Origin: Octopus bimaculoides
Lineage: Eukaryota
NCBI RefSeq assembly: GCF_001194135.2
Contig: NC_069000.1
Location: forward strand, 10,909,774-10,973,773
Length of the DNA stretch: 64,000 nucleotides
Direction: 5' to 3'
The position numbers were made by a program, and so were the translations under genes. Shown here one piece after another: positions 12,820 to 25,900 of the stretch; positions within the stretch are counted from its first letter, which is position 1; each line of letters begins with the position of its first letter. A model generated the notes under the pieces. That model saw only the letters and a program-made list of their open reading frames with translations. It did no database searches and had not been told where the DNA came from.

Positions 12820-13018
12820 TACATTTTTGGAATTGACATGCTCTGGTTTATAATGAGGAAGGGAAATTTAATTCTTATTCAATGCTAATGTTACAAGAGA
12901 GAAAAGGAAGATGAAAAAACAAATGTCAAAACTACCTAAAAGGATCACCTACCCCCGACGCCCCACCCTACTTGTTCCAAGTTGTTTGCACCAACCTTTG
13001 ACTTCTGCTGACATAGCA

Positions 13019-13057
<39 letters not shown>

Positions 13058-13597
13058 GGCAGCATACCCGTTTCTCCTCTTCTTCATCTTTGTTTTTTTT
13101 TTCTTTCGTTTCATAAAATCACCATGTTTTAGCAAATTATTAAGAATTATATATATGTGTGTGTTGCAAATTCTCTGATCTGTTTGTTTTTTTTAGCATT
13201 AATGGGTTAATAAACAAATAAATAAATACACACACACATAATATATATTAATTTTTATTGGTATATAAAAGTCGTTCAATGAATCAAATTGTATCTTCTC
13301 TTCCCCCCCCCTTTTTTTTGTTGGTGATGTTTTTAGTATTAGTAGCTTGATGNNNNNNNNNNNNNNNNNNNNNNNNNNNNNNNNNNNNNNNNNNNNNNNN
13401 NNNNNNNNNNNNNNNNNNNNNNNNNNNNNNNNNNNNNNNNNNNNNNNNAAAAAAAAAAAAAAAATACCAAAAGCAAAAAATTAAAAAAAAGAACTGGTTT
13501 TACATCATCTGTGTTTTTAAGTGTTAGTATTCATGAGCAGCAACTTTAATCTGTTACAAGAAAGTGTATTTGTATGTGTGTGTGTGTGAGTATATGC

Positions 13598-13648
<51 letters not shown>

Positions 13649-14254
13649 TATATAACTATATGCCTGCGCATCCATCCATACACATACACACACACACACG
13701 TGTACACACATCTGTGTGTGTGTGTGTGTGTAATAAAATATTACTTTGGAAGGAAAAACTGCAAATATAATGGCCTCCGTTTGATGTTTTAATGCATTGT
13801 TGATGACATTAACACTATATAAATCTACCTGCAGCTCTCGTATATTTTACTTGTGGTCGCTACTAGAAATAATAGTAATAGTAATAATAATAATAATGAT
13901 GATAATAATAATGATAATAATAATAACAAAGCTAAAAATCGAAGTTGTTTAAATCATAATTCTTCCCTTCGTTTCTGTATGTCTCGGTAGTTAGCTAAAC
14001 ATCGTTACGTATGTTGTATTACTATTGCGTTTTCTTCGCTGTTGGATGACAAACCCTTGATGTCCCTAGGTCTGAAGACCAAGAAAATGTCCCTATGTTT
14101 TGTTTTTTTATTATATTATGGGGGAGGTTCTTTACAAGGAAAGAGTTGTTTTGTTTCCCCCCCCCCTCTTCTATAAATAAAAAAAAAATATATCTTTACA
14201 CCTATATGACAATACGATGCGTTTGTATATGTTGATCGTAATGGAGAGTAAAGT

Positions 14255-14699
14255 GCCAAGCTGGCAGGATCGGTAGATTGCTGGACCAAATGTTTAGTGA
14301 CATTTCTTCTGGCTTTATATTTTGAGTTCAAATTCTACCAAGGTCGACTTTGCCTTTCATCCTTTCAGGGTCGACGAAATAAGTACCAGTTGAGGACTGG
14401 GGTTGATGGAGTGGTAAGTAGCTTGCTTACCAACCACATGGTTCCAGGTTCAGTCCCACTGTGTGACACCTTGGGCAAGTGTCTTCTACTATAGCCTTGG
14501 GCTGACCAAAGCCTTGGGAGTGGATTTGGTAGACGGAAACTGAAAGAAGCCCATCGTATATATGTATATGTATGTGTGTCTGTGTCTGTGTTTGTCCCCC
14601 AACATCGCTTCACAACCAATGCTGGTGTGTTTACGTCCCTGTAACTTAGCGGTTCGGCAGAAGAGACCGATAGAATAAGTACTAAGCTTACAAAGAATA
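14255..14699 (+). mobile_element. chimera: family B 5' part joined to a family A SINE
   Basis: B body to gtaccagttgaggactggggttgat (about 14408), then A head ggagtggtaagtagcttgcttaccaaccacatgg through to the gap. Confidence 0.8.
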
Positions 14700-15074
14700 N
14701 NNNNNNNNNNNNNNNNNNNNNNNNNNNNNNNNNNNNNNNNNNNNNNNNNNNNNNNNNNNNNNNNNNNNNNNNNNNNNNNNNNNNNNNNNNNNNNNNNNNN
14801 NNNNNNNNNNNNNNNNNNNNNNNNNNNNNNNNNNNNNNNNNNNNNNNNNNNNNNNNNNNNNNNNNNNNNNNNNNNNNNNNNNNNNNNNNNNNNNNNNNNN
14901 NNNNNNNNNNNNNNNNNNNNNNNNNNNNNNNNNNNNNNNNNNNNNNNNNNNNNNNNNNNNNNNNNNNNNNNNNNNNNNNNNNNNNNNNNNNNNNNNNNNN
15001 NNNNNNNNNNNNNNNNNNNNNNNNNNNNNNNNNNNNNNNNNNNNNNNNNNNNNNNNNNNNNNNNNNNNTATATA

Positions 15075-15180
15075 TATCAGATTGGAGCCTGGTGTAGGCA
15101 TCTGGTTCACCAGTCCTCAGTCAAATTGTCCAACCCATGCTAGCGTGGAAAGCGGACGTTAAATGATGATTATGATGTCT
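15075..15180 (+). mobile_element. family C RTE tail
   Basis: cagattggagcctggtg...ccaacccatgctagcgtggaaagcggacgttaaatgatgat. Confidence 0.75.
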
Positions 15181-16850
15181 AATGCGTTCTTATTTTAAGA
15201 GAATATAAAGTAATCTGAGGGGTCTTTGGCTGCTATTTTGTTAGTAGATCAGCTGACTGTTTAGAGGCACCCCCCCCCCATTGGTTTTTGTTACATAAGT
15301 AACGTACGTGTGTTTGTGTGACTACTTTCGTTTCAACAAAGAGCTGTCATCAGAATGCAAAACATTCAGCAGATAAAACGAAGGGGTGAGGTAGCTAAAA
15401 ATAAACCAGATCCTAGTTTTGTTGATTGTATTGTTTTACCAACTTTATCTCATTGATGATGTGATTTCTAATAATAACAACAATAGACTTTGAGATGGTA
15501 AGTTCTTCAGATATTTCTGGCATTGCTTAGGACTCAAAAAGTTGTGGGCTTTTTTTTTTTTTCTTTTTCTTTCTCCAATCTTCAGAAATTCATGAAACAT
15601 CAAACATCAGTCAGCTTTTTGTTGTTGAATCATTTGTGTGGGAGTGACTTCTTTATATTTACATACGCATAGATTATGAACTGAATCATCATCATCACCA
15701 GCATCGTTAATGTAATTATTCCATTTTCTGCCACGCTTTCAACCATTCCAAGTTTGCATAATCGAGGATCTTTCTTGCTGTCGTAAAAACAAATCTTAAA
15801 ATTCTTTCGTAACTTCGAAGTAGTTTTAAATCAATATTGATAAATATGGTTTCGTAATCTCTTCATAGCAGAGAGGGAAGTTAGCTTGTTTATTGCTGAC
15901 ATAATCTTTTGGATCAGGATTGGCGCTGGTGATACAACATCAGCTTAATGTCGCATATATATATATATGTATGTGTTGTAGGTATGAAACATTAGAACAC
16001 AATATGTCTCAATAGTTTCCAGTCTTTAATCAGACCACTTTCTCAGAATCTTAACTTAAGATTTTGTTGCCAAATATAAACTTTCCATTTTTTATTTTAA
16101 ATTTTATTTTTTATTAAAACATTTTTGCATTTATTATCCATGCTAGACTTAGGAAAAGCCACTGATATTCTTCTTTTAATATACACACATGAGATAAAGA
16201 TTAATTCTATTCAATGTGGTTTGTGTACATGTGTGCGTGTGCGTGTGTGTGTGAGAGAGAGAGAGAGATAGTGATGGGCAGACAGACGTAAATAGTATAT
16301 TATGGAAATGTACTGTAACACTCATATCTTCAGCCTTCCACTTGAACGAGATATTACATAGTGGTTGACTAAACAGCAGTAATCATACATATATATATTC
16401 CAGTGTATTTATGTTGCATGTTACCATTAAAGTGTTGTCAAATTGCAAATTACTAAGAGGATCTTAATGCATACAGCCAGTCTGTCTTCATTCCATGTAC
16501 ATATATATGTATGTGTGTATACATATATGTATATGTTTTCATATATATATGTATGTATATATATTTGTGTGTGTATTTGTATATATATATATATATATAT
16601 ATATAAATGGTTTGTATGTACGTGCACACACAAATGTATATGTTCTCACACACACAGCAAATGTACATATTCACACACGCAAACTGCATATACACACATA
16701 TTCACATATTGGTATACAGCCTCATAGACACACCGTTTTAATAAGATTAAGGTGAAATGCTACCACTGTTATCAACAAGAAGAGTTTGCGACGATTGTAG
16801 ATGTGTATTTAATATAATCACATCAACAGGAAATGATTACATAAATGTAA

Positions 16851-16903
16851 TTATGGCAACAGCTCAGTAAGATCTGTTGCGATAGGGAGTTCACGGCGCT
16901 GAC
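16851..16903 (-). CDS. candidate terminal exon 4 of a small secreted protein (G-QRRELPIATDLTELLP*)
   Basis: minus-strand acceptor ttttgtgtttttacttcatcacgacaatag; phase-1 entry matches exon 3; CpG-containing; ends TAA. Confidence 0.3.
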
Positions 16904-17174
16904 CTATTGTCGTGATGAAGTAAAAACACAAAACAGATTAAGCACCCACCTTAGCCATCGTCTAACCAAAAGTCAGTTCACCATCTTCTTATTAATATGA
17001 ATATCAAAAGGACAACTGTGAACTAATTCTTGTATAACTTATTTACTTCACGTTAATGTTTGCCATTAACAGAATTTCGATTACTGTGGAGTCTAGTCTT
17101 CTCTCTACTATATGTTTTCCAGCTGTGCCTTAATAATCATAAAAGCTAGTTAGTTATTAGTTCGACAGACAAAC

Positions 17175-17294
17175 CAATAAAACAGCTATGATCGAAATTG
17201 ACTTCCGTGCTGCTGCACAAGATGAAATAAATGTCCCCGTTGCTAGATATTATTCGCCTGCAATCCAGTCGGTCATTGGCAGAGGAAACCATTG
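17175..17294 (-). CDS. candidate exon 3 (A-MVSSANDRLDCRRIISSNGDIYFILCSSTEVNFDHSCFI-G)
   Basis: 120 nt, phase 1-1, acceptor ctttcctttgaacccctgctggttcatcctag, donor gtttgt (weak), open frame. Confidence 0.35.
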
Positions 17295-18109
17295 CTAGGA
17301 TGAACCAGCAGGGGTTCAAAGGAAAGTGATACACCCAAGTGGTTTCCTGTTGCTTTCTCAGAAATCATTTCAGGGATATGAGCACAACATTTGTAAACTA
17401 AAAAAAAAACATCATTTTTTTTTTTTCAGTCAAGGAACAGTTTAGACAATGAGCTATAGAAGATTGCTTGAGCTGGCTGGGCCACACACTTCAAGTGTTC
17501 CACAGACATCAATTGCCAATGAAATGGGTTCAAGATGAACTGACAGTAGTAGATTGAGCAAAACCGTTGATTGGTCAACTGTCAATGGGGCAATTATTGT
17601 GTAATCCTGTTCTCAGCAGCAACAGGATTTAGTAGAGTAATTCTCATTGCATGATGCAGAATGTGGGCCTTTGTCACACATGCACACACATACACACACT
17701 ATATTTACTTATCTGTAAGTCATGCTCATAATTCCGTGTTAAATTGTGGTACATATTTTCTTCCTTTCGTATTATATTCCTTGTTGAAAAAGTGGTAGCT
17801 CAGCCCCCTCCCCCCAAATTTCGGGCCTTGTGCCTAGAATAGAAAATATGTGTGTGTGTATATAATATATATATATATAATTTTGTTAACAGTAACATGA
17901 ATTTTGCTAGGTCAAAGCTTATAAACTATAGCCATCACTTGCAAGCAAGTATGACTTTGTAGTGTGTACCCTGCTTTCACTGACTGTTTTAGATGATGTT
18001 ATTGCAAGCAGATAGACACCCTCTTGGTTCAAGTGGAACTGCCGGGATGTGTCTGCTGGAAGGGGGTGAGTGTTTCATCAGTACTTGTCTGGTACTGAAT
18101 TGAGACTAT

Positions 18110-18228
18110 AACCAACATCAAATGAGGTGTCCTACTTCAAGGATACAGTATGCTGCTCAGTCCAGGGATCGAACCTGGAACCTTATGATCATGAGTCTGA
18201 CACTCTAACCACTAAACCACAAGCCTCT
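18110..18228 (-). mobile_element. family D SINE head
   Basis: reverse complement reads tggtttagtggttagagtgtcagactcatgatcataaggttccaggttcgatccctgg. Confidence 0.7.
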
Positions 18229-18233
18229 CTCTA

Positions 18234-18292
<59 letters not shown>

Positions 18293-18414
18293 AACAGAGT
18301 TAAAAATTTAAAACACATTCATTCTTTTCCAAAGAAAATATTCACACATTTAGAGAAAAGCTGAACATTAGAAGCATCAGTTGTGGCGTGCAAGAGAGAC
18401 GATNNNNNNNNNNC

Positions 18415-18578
18415 TGAGTGGTTGGCGTTAGGAAGGGCATCCAGCTGTAGAAACTCTGCCAAATCAGACTGGAGCCTGGTGTTGCCATCCGGTTTCACCA
18501 GTCCTCAGTCAAATCGTCCAACCCATGCTAGCATGGAAAGCGGACGTTAAACGATGATGATGATGATGATGATGATGA
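18415..18578 (+). mobile_element. family C RTE tail with (gat)n
   Basis: gagtggttggcgttaggaagggcatccagctgtagaaactctgcc...gcggacgttaaacgatgatgat. Confidence 0.85.
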
Positions 18579-19572
18579 TTCCTTTTGAAGTACCACTCAA
18601 AACAGCTAGTTTTAAAGACTTGATTAAATGTTGGTGACATTCATGTACATCTGATCACAAAGTAGATGCTAAAGATAATAATAATTGGTGCCTTAAAATT
18701 ATTCCGCAGTAAATATAGGCCACAGGTATATATTATAGATAATATAAATGTAACATTGGTTTCCCTTCAGCACAGCTAACTTATAACTATCCAACTGTAA
18801 GATTTATCTGGTCCGTATAATAAACTTTAGCAATCCATTTCAGATAAAAGCAGTTATGGGGAGATAAAATAAACAAAAGCCAAAAAAAAAAAAAAAGATC
18901 TGATTGAAACAGTAAGTCTTCTGGTCACTCATCATCATCACCATCATCAATGGACAGATCATCATCAATGGTTGTTTATTTGATTGTGACATGATAGTGT
19001 ACAAATGAGTATCCAGCAACCATGTTTAATACTTATAACACAAACAGAAAACATAAGAGATGTCCCAGTTACCAGTTAATGACTGCAAATTGTTGTGTGT
19101 GTGTATGTATGTGTGTTGTTGTCGTTGTTGTTTATTTTGCTTGTTTGTTTTATCTGTGAAAGTAGATGGATTCCTGTTGCTTTTCATTTAATTTGTGTCG
19201 ACTTAGCTTCAATCAGATGAATACGTTGCCTGTATGTGTGGGCATATTATAAGTCAGTGATAAGTGTGCACCTGTATGTATGTATGTATTTATGTATGTC
19301 TATATACACACACGTGTAACTATGCATACATAAATGCACACACAAGTGTATTTGTGTATGTGTGCATCTGTGTATATATGTCTGTTTAGACACACATGTA
19401 TGTATATGTAATTACCAATATTATTTCTAATTAGTTATCTAAAATACATCTTTAATATTGTTGCAATGTCTATCTATCTATACTGGTTGGAACGTGTTAG
19501 GCTTCAGAGAGAGAGAGAGAGAGAGAGAGAATAGTCTAAGATGATACACACACATGTACACAGATTAGTTAC

Positions 19573-19718
19573 CATAGCACTGTATATAATAGAAGTTGAA
19601 AACAGTCTTGGTGAGTTTGCATTTAATGAGATCTGTGTCCTGGCTTCTTTTCAATGGTCTTCTGACTGATCCATGTCCTTCATATATCAAACTGCCATCC
19701 ATAACGTATAGTGAGGAT
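19573..19718 (-). CDS. candidate exon 2 (R-SSLYVMDGSLIYEGHGSVRRPLKRSQDTDLIKCKLTKTVFNFYYIQCY)
   Basis: 146 nt, acceptor ggtcttgttacag, donor gtaact; only one frame is open, and its phase (2 in, 1 out) fits exons 1 and 3. Confidence 0.35.
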
Positions 19719-19782
19719 CTGTAACAAGACCTTGGTTGAAAAATTAATGATGTCCAGGGCAAAAATTATAATAATAATAATA

Positions 19783-20125
19783 ATCTTTTCTACTAAAGGC
19801 ACAAAGGCCTGAAATTTCTGGGGAGGGGACTAATCGATGACATTGATTCCAGTGTTTCACTGGTACTTAATTTATCAACCCCAAAAGGATCATGATGATA
19901 ATAATAATAATAATAATAATAATTCTTTCTGATTTTTTAGCACAAGGTTAGTGATTTTAGGAGAGGGTTTAAGTTGATTACATCGACCCCAGTGTTCAAC
20001 TGGTGTTTATTTTATCACCCCTGAAAGGATGAAGGACAACGTTTGAACTCAGGACTTAAAGATCTGGAAGAGATGTTGCAGCACTTGTTCAAGACTCTAA
20101 CAATTCTGCCAACTTGCCACCTTGA
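19783..20125 (-). mobile_element. two adjacent family B SINE fragments
   Basis: aatcttttctactaaaggcacaaaggcctgaaatt...; catcgaccccagtgttcaactgg...aggatgaaggacaa. Confidence 0.7.
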
Positions 20126-20755
20126 CAGACTGATAAATACCACCATCCCTTTTTAACACTCAAATCCAGAACCCGTATATTTTAATTATCTGACTTTTTG
20201 GTTTTGTTTGAAGTGGGGTTTGGGTTTTTTCTCATCCAGAACCCTTCAGCCTTGTTTGCAAATCATGAGATTGTATATTTTCTTTCTGGGATTGTATCTT
20301 TTCTATTGATATCTCCACAGACTTTTAGAACCCATCTCATCTTTGATTAGATCAAACTACTGCGCCTGTTTGTCCATTGCATCTGTCTCCAACCTTAACT
20401 TTACTCCCCGTTCCATTACTTTTTACTTAAACAAGACACCCAACTTTCTAGGATGTCAGAACTGGCACAGAGGGACAAGGAACGCTTTGCTAGTTTTTTG
20501 CTTTACTTCTTCTTTCCAACTTCAAATTCAACCAGGATTGATTTGGGCCATTCAGCAATCCTGAGGAGATCTATAACATGAATAAAATATATAATGCTTG
20601 CAAAACAATTCGAGCGAATCAGCTGCAATCTCACTTTCTTGCACTTGAACTTACAAAGCCAAAATAGAGCATCAGAATGATGTAGATGCCTCTGATAAGA
20701 ACCTATGTAAGTTTCCAAAAATTGATCAAGGTTGTTTGTTGGTTTTTCTTTTATA

Positions 20756-20920
20756 GGCATAGGAGTGGATGTGTGGTAAGTAGCTTGCTTACCAACCACA
20801 TGGTTCCGGGTTCAGTCCCACTGTGTGGCACCTTAGGCAAGTGTCTTCTATTATAGCCTCGGGCCGACCAAAGCCTTGTGAGTGGATTTGGTAGATGGAA
20901 ACTGAAAGAAGCCCGTCGTA

Positions 20921-20960
<40 letters not shown>
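20756..20960 (+). mobile_element. family A SINE 5' half ending in (ta)n
   Basis: ggcataggagtggatgtgtggtaagtagcttgcttaccaaccacatggttccgggttcagtccc. Confidence 0.85.
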
Positions 20961-20963
<3 letters not shown>

Positions 20964-23900
20964 CTCCAGCCATCACTATCCTACTAGTACTTTTGTTTTT
21001 CAGACATAGTGTACTAGAGCTACAATCTCTAATGTGTCCCTTTTTTAGGGGCCTTTAAGCGGCCGAGGAGATAAGTCTGGTTTCGGTCTTACTGGAGCTC
21101 CTCAGCGAAGCATAGCCTTCACTGCACTTTACCAAAATAGAGATGAGATTGATCACGAGGTAAATGTACAATAATGCACATTTGTAGGCGTAAAAGAGAG
21201 AGAGAGAGAGAGAAAAGAAAAGAAAAGAAAAGAATGTCGACGCATTCAGAGAAATTATTCTTAGACGCTATCCGCACATGAAGAAGAAGAAGAAAAAGAA
21301 GAAAGGAAAAAAGAATTAAGTGTTGAATTAGTGTTAACATATTTTAATGCAGGGAGCATGTTAACTAGAAATAGTTAATGGATAGAGGTAAAATAATAAT
21401 AATAATAATAATAGTAATAATAATAATAATTGTAGTAGTCGTTTGAACAACATTATTTTTTTGTGTTTTCTTCGGCAAGTCCGGGAGAGCAGAGTAAACC
21501 TCGTTATCATTAAGTTCTTTCGATATAAAAAGTAATATTTTCGTACAAATCTCATGGCATAGTTATGGTGTCAGTTCAGTTTATGGCAGCGATCGCCACC
21601 AGGGAGGTAGGTACATGACGAAGTCGTGATTTTTAAATGGAATTTATTTTGATATATACATATATATACTCGAAGAACAAACTATTAATGTATTGATAAA
21701 ACATTATTTTCCTTTTTATTCCTTATCACTCCCTGTTCTACATGTTGAGTAAGTTTTTTATTCGTATTTCGATTATTGTTTTTTCTTTTTTTTTTAAAGA
21801 AGTTCTGCTGTGTCGAGATTTTCAAACGAAATGTACGTTTACCGTTTCATTCATAGCCCTCTAAATGGTTGGGACTGATTGATAAACTGCGCCCTATTAG
21901 ATTGTTCCTTAACAGAATTTAGTTTCGTTTCTTATCGGTTCTTTTTAAACAAACACTCGATTTTTACTATTCGTTCTTCTGGGGGGAGCTCTGTAAAAAT
22001 ATAATGCTGGTAACTATTGTTTAGCCTCAAATCGGCCATATGATCGAAGACGTCACAACCGTAAACATCCCATCTTTATTTCAACGTAGTGTACCTAGGA
22101 CTACATTATTCCGATGTGTGCTTCCTGTTTTTGTAAGATTTTTTTATGTGAGATTTGACTGCTATTTCTAGCACTCAGAACGACAGCATAGAGTTTCTCC
22201 ACCACACATATGACTCGTTCGTATTGGTGATCTATTTCAACATAGTGTGTTAGGACTACACTATTCTGGTGTAGGTTGTTTTGTTTTGTTTTGGTGTGGT
22301 TTTTGTTTTTAAAAATGATTTTATATGAGATGTGACTTATTTCTAGCACGTCGAACGGACAACTTACTCATATACACACTCACACAAATACACATTTCCT
22401 AACTCGCTGGTTCGATATATGAGTACTGGCAATATAATAATCAATCGATTCTAAACATCACCCGTAATATATATATATATAAAGAGAGAGAGAGTGTGTG
22501 TGCGTGTGTGTGAGTGAGAGAATGAGATAAATATTGACTTTGTTCTCGATCAAAAGGAAATTATCAATAAACTTCGTAACTCTTACGTGATCAAAATTAG
22601 GTATCTTCGCATTTATCGGTGAAGGCAGGAAAACTAACGGAATAAACAAATAAATTACGTAACAAGATAGACATTCGAATGAAGTTTTCTTGTTAGTATA
22701 TTGTGTTTTGCTGTATTTTATTTTAAATAAAGTAATGTTACTCCGGGATAAATATGTGAAGAAAAAGTGAAGCGATTGCGCCGTATCCCCCACATACACA
22801 CTTTTGGTACTTCTCGAACCAAGGAGGGAGCTTCTAACGCAGTCGCTCAGCGTGTTAGAAATGGCAGCCAGATTCTCCTCGTCGCGAAATCACTACTGTC
22901 TTAGATAAAGAAGAACCAACACTAGATGATGACGATAATAATAATAATAATAATTAATAATAATAATAACGTTTATAGTCCCGTCATAAATAGTGTGTCT
23001 GTGACGGGATGGTAACGACCGGGACGCCTTTTTGAACATACGACAGCTCCGCCGATCAGAGCCCGACTTAGTGGCTAAAACAGCTCTTGTTCTGATCTGC
23101 ACCACCACCACCACCTTTTTCCTCTATTAAGACATCTTAGATCTTCCACCACCTCACCATTCTACTCCTGACGCTGGAACTTTATTAAGTGTCTGGTGAG
23201 TCTGAGGAGGAATCCGTGTAGTGTTTGGGATAATAAATATTTTTTCACCATTAACTCTGTCTAAAGCAGCAGCTATTTATTTCTCAAACGGATTTCGTGT
23301 TCACGTTGACGTAATAGTCACCCAGAGAGAAGAGACTGGAGTAGGCAAAAGCAATGAGAAGGTTGTTTGCAGGCTCGATAACTTTGTTTAAATAAGTAAA
23401 TAGTTGACCTAGTTAATCAGTAGATGTGTATATATGTGTGTGTATACTTACATATATATATGTGTCTGTGTGTGTGTGTGTGCGCTCATACAGCGAAGCG
23501 CCGGCTGGGAAGTCTCCTTACGTGGATACGTAGCTCTGCTTTACTAGAAATAGCAGCTGAAGAAGAAATAAAAGAGGAAACATTGTACTATACGGTGCTA
23601 GGAAACGAAGGGAAGATACGCTATGTCCGAAAGAAAAATAGTGAAAGACGGCAATAGCTGTTACTGGAACGCCTTTTGATCATAAGGTCTTTTCGATCGT
23701 GTTTTACGCCTGGGGCTATACAACGGCAACGGAGCGAAAACGAAACTGTAAATACAGAAGGTCGTTATTTAGTGATTAATTTTCGAGTTTACTTTGAAGT
23801 TTATTTTGTACTCGGCTGTCTGTGTGTGTGTGAGTAAATATGTATGTGTATACATACACAGCGTTTGCTCATGTAATGTTAATGTTGTTTTATATGTTAT

Positions 23901-24212
23901 GTATGTATAATAAATATATCCGCTCCACTTTTAAGGAAAATTCCAGCCGAAGTTAAGTCGTAATTATTACTGGCGGCATAGTCTGGAACTATGATATATA
24001 TATATATATATATANNNNNNNNNNNNNNNNNNNNNNNNNNNNNNNNNNNNNNNNNNNNNNNNNNNNNNNNNNNNNNNNNNNNNNNNNNNNNNNNNNNNNN
24101 NNNNNNNNNNNNNNNNNNNNNNNNNNNNNNNNNNNNNNNNNNNNNNNNNNNNNNNNNNNNNNNNNNNNNNNNNNNNNNNNNNNNNNNNNNNNNNNNNNNN
24201 NNNNNNNNNNNN

Positions 24213-24248
<36 letters not shown>

Positions 24249-25717
24249 AAGCGAAAGATGTATGTATGTATGTATGTATGTCTTCTAGGTGCACTACATC
24301 TAAAAGAAATTATACACACACACACACACAAATAGACAAATAGATATACAGTTTTTAGCTGATGTCAGCCTTTGACTTTTTCCATCCCCAAAACCCCGAA
24401 GTTTTTACATGCTATTTATAGCTAGCTTTGTGCTTCGAGATCTACTGTTCCAGAAATATATATCTGTATGTAAGGTTCCTGGGTGCTCTACCTCTCTGAA
24501 ATGTTAAAAGGGCATGCGTGCGTGTGTGTGTGTGTGTGTGCTTTTATAGTACATTAAATTGTTTCGACATGTAGCTTTTGGGTATTAACAATGCCTTGCT
24601 TACTTGTAACCTCGGGGGCCTATCTACAATTTGCAATGAAAACACAAAATGTGTTGTTGTTACAGTGTAGTTCGAACCAATCCGACGGTACCACGTTTTG
24701 GTGAAGCCATAATGCTAATAATAAACAATTAGTTTTAAATACAGTGTTTAAAGTTGGAAATAAGATGTATAAACCTTGTAAACGTGCGCTTGTCTTGACA
24801 TGATGAGATACAGAGATGGGCCTACAGCTATATTGAGGAAGCTTCTTTCAAAATGACAACCACTAATTGGCGCTGGTCAGTTTGTGGTTAAATATCTAGC
24901 TATTCTCCCTGTTAGGGAGGAAAGCTCTGCGTACTAGAAATAGCAGTCAAATTTCCTTCGGATCATATCCAATTATCATAGGAAAAGAAGACTCGTTAGA
25001 TTATGGTTGTCGATGTTGCTCTTTAAAAGACTGCTGTGATGGTTGATCTGACAAGTGTGTGTGTGTGTATTTTAGTCACTCTGTCATCATCGTCAATTTT
25101 CCATCAATAATAGAACTTTTTCTTCCAGAAATTCGCTGTTTTCTTGGGATATTTAAACAATGATTTGCTTTCGCCTAATAAAAAGACGGGAAATGGAAGC
25201 TTGTTTATTTTTTTCTTTGAGATACTTGCTAAAAATATGACGAAGGGATACTTTATTTTAATGAGGGCTTTTGCTTTGAATAATCGAGGAGTTTGCATGT
25301 CAAAGGAAGTATTTCAAACACTCGTTTAAAATCAAATAATCAATAACTATGAAAGGCTTTTAGATTGTCAGAAGTTTATTTATTAAATTTTAATGCATCA
25401 AACCTAAACCCACCTGTTTAGTTTCTCGGCCTTACAGTTTGTATATTTCTGACCCAGTCGAACGGTTTGGAGTTGTTAATGATCTGTTTCGAAAATTTCT
25501 ATTTGGCGGCCAAGATATATTAAAACCGAAATATCAAATGGTGCTTTGGTGGCTGTCATGACATTTCTTTGACGCTTGTACACTTTCGTATCTCACTACT
25601 TAGAACATTTTCGCACTTTTACTTCAAAAACATAGGTTTATGCCTGCTACAGGTACACCAGAAAGAATTGTAGGATTTTTTATATCATAGAATTATTTTT
25701 ATTATAGCACACCGGAT

Positions 25718-25900
25718 AAAATGCTTAGCATCATTTCTTTCGGATTTATGTTTTCAGTTCATATTCCGCCGAGGTCGGCTTTGCTTTTCATCTTTTCGGA
25801 ATTGGTAAAAATAAATACCAGTCAATTGCTGGGGATCAATGTAATCGATTGTCCCCCTCTCTCAAATCTTCAGGCTTTGCGTCTACAGTAGAAAGGATTG
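25718..25900 (+). mobile_element. family B SINE
   Basis: aaatgcttagc...ttccgccgaggtcggctttgcttttcatc...tttgcgtctacagtagaaaggatt. Confidence 0.75.

Noticed and set aside
13517-13792. [12 protein letters not shown]-rich ORFs (also at 16.4-16.7, 56.4-56.7, 58.5-58.8 and 62.4-62.9 kb)
   Set aside because: Translations of (ta)n/(ca)n microsatellites.
20160-20750. Coding-like stretch on the minus strand
   Set aside because: Stops in all frames and no recognisable motif; cannot be assigned.
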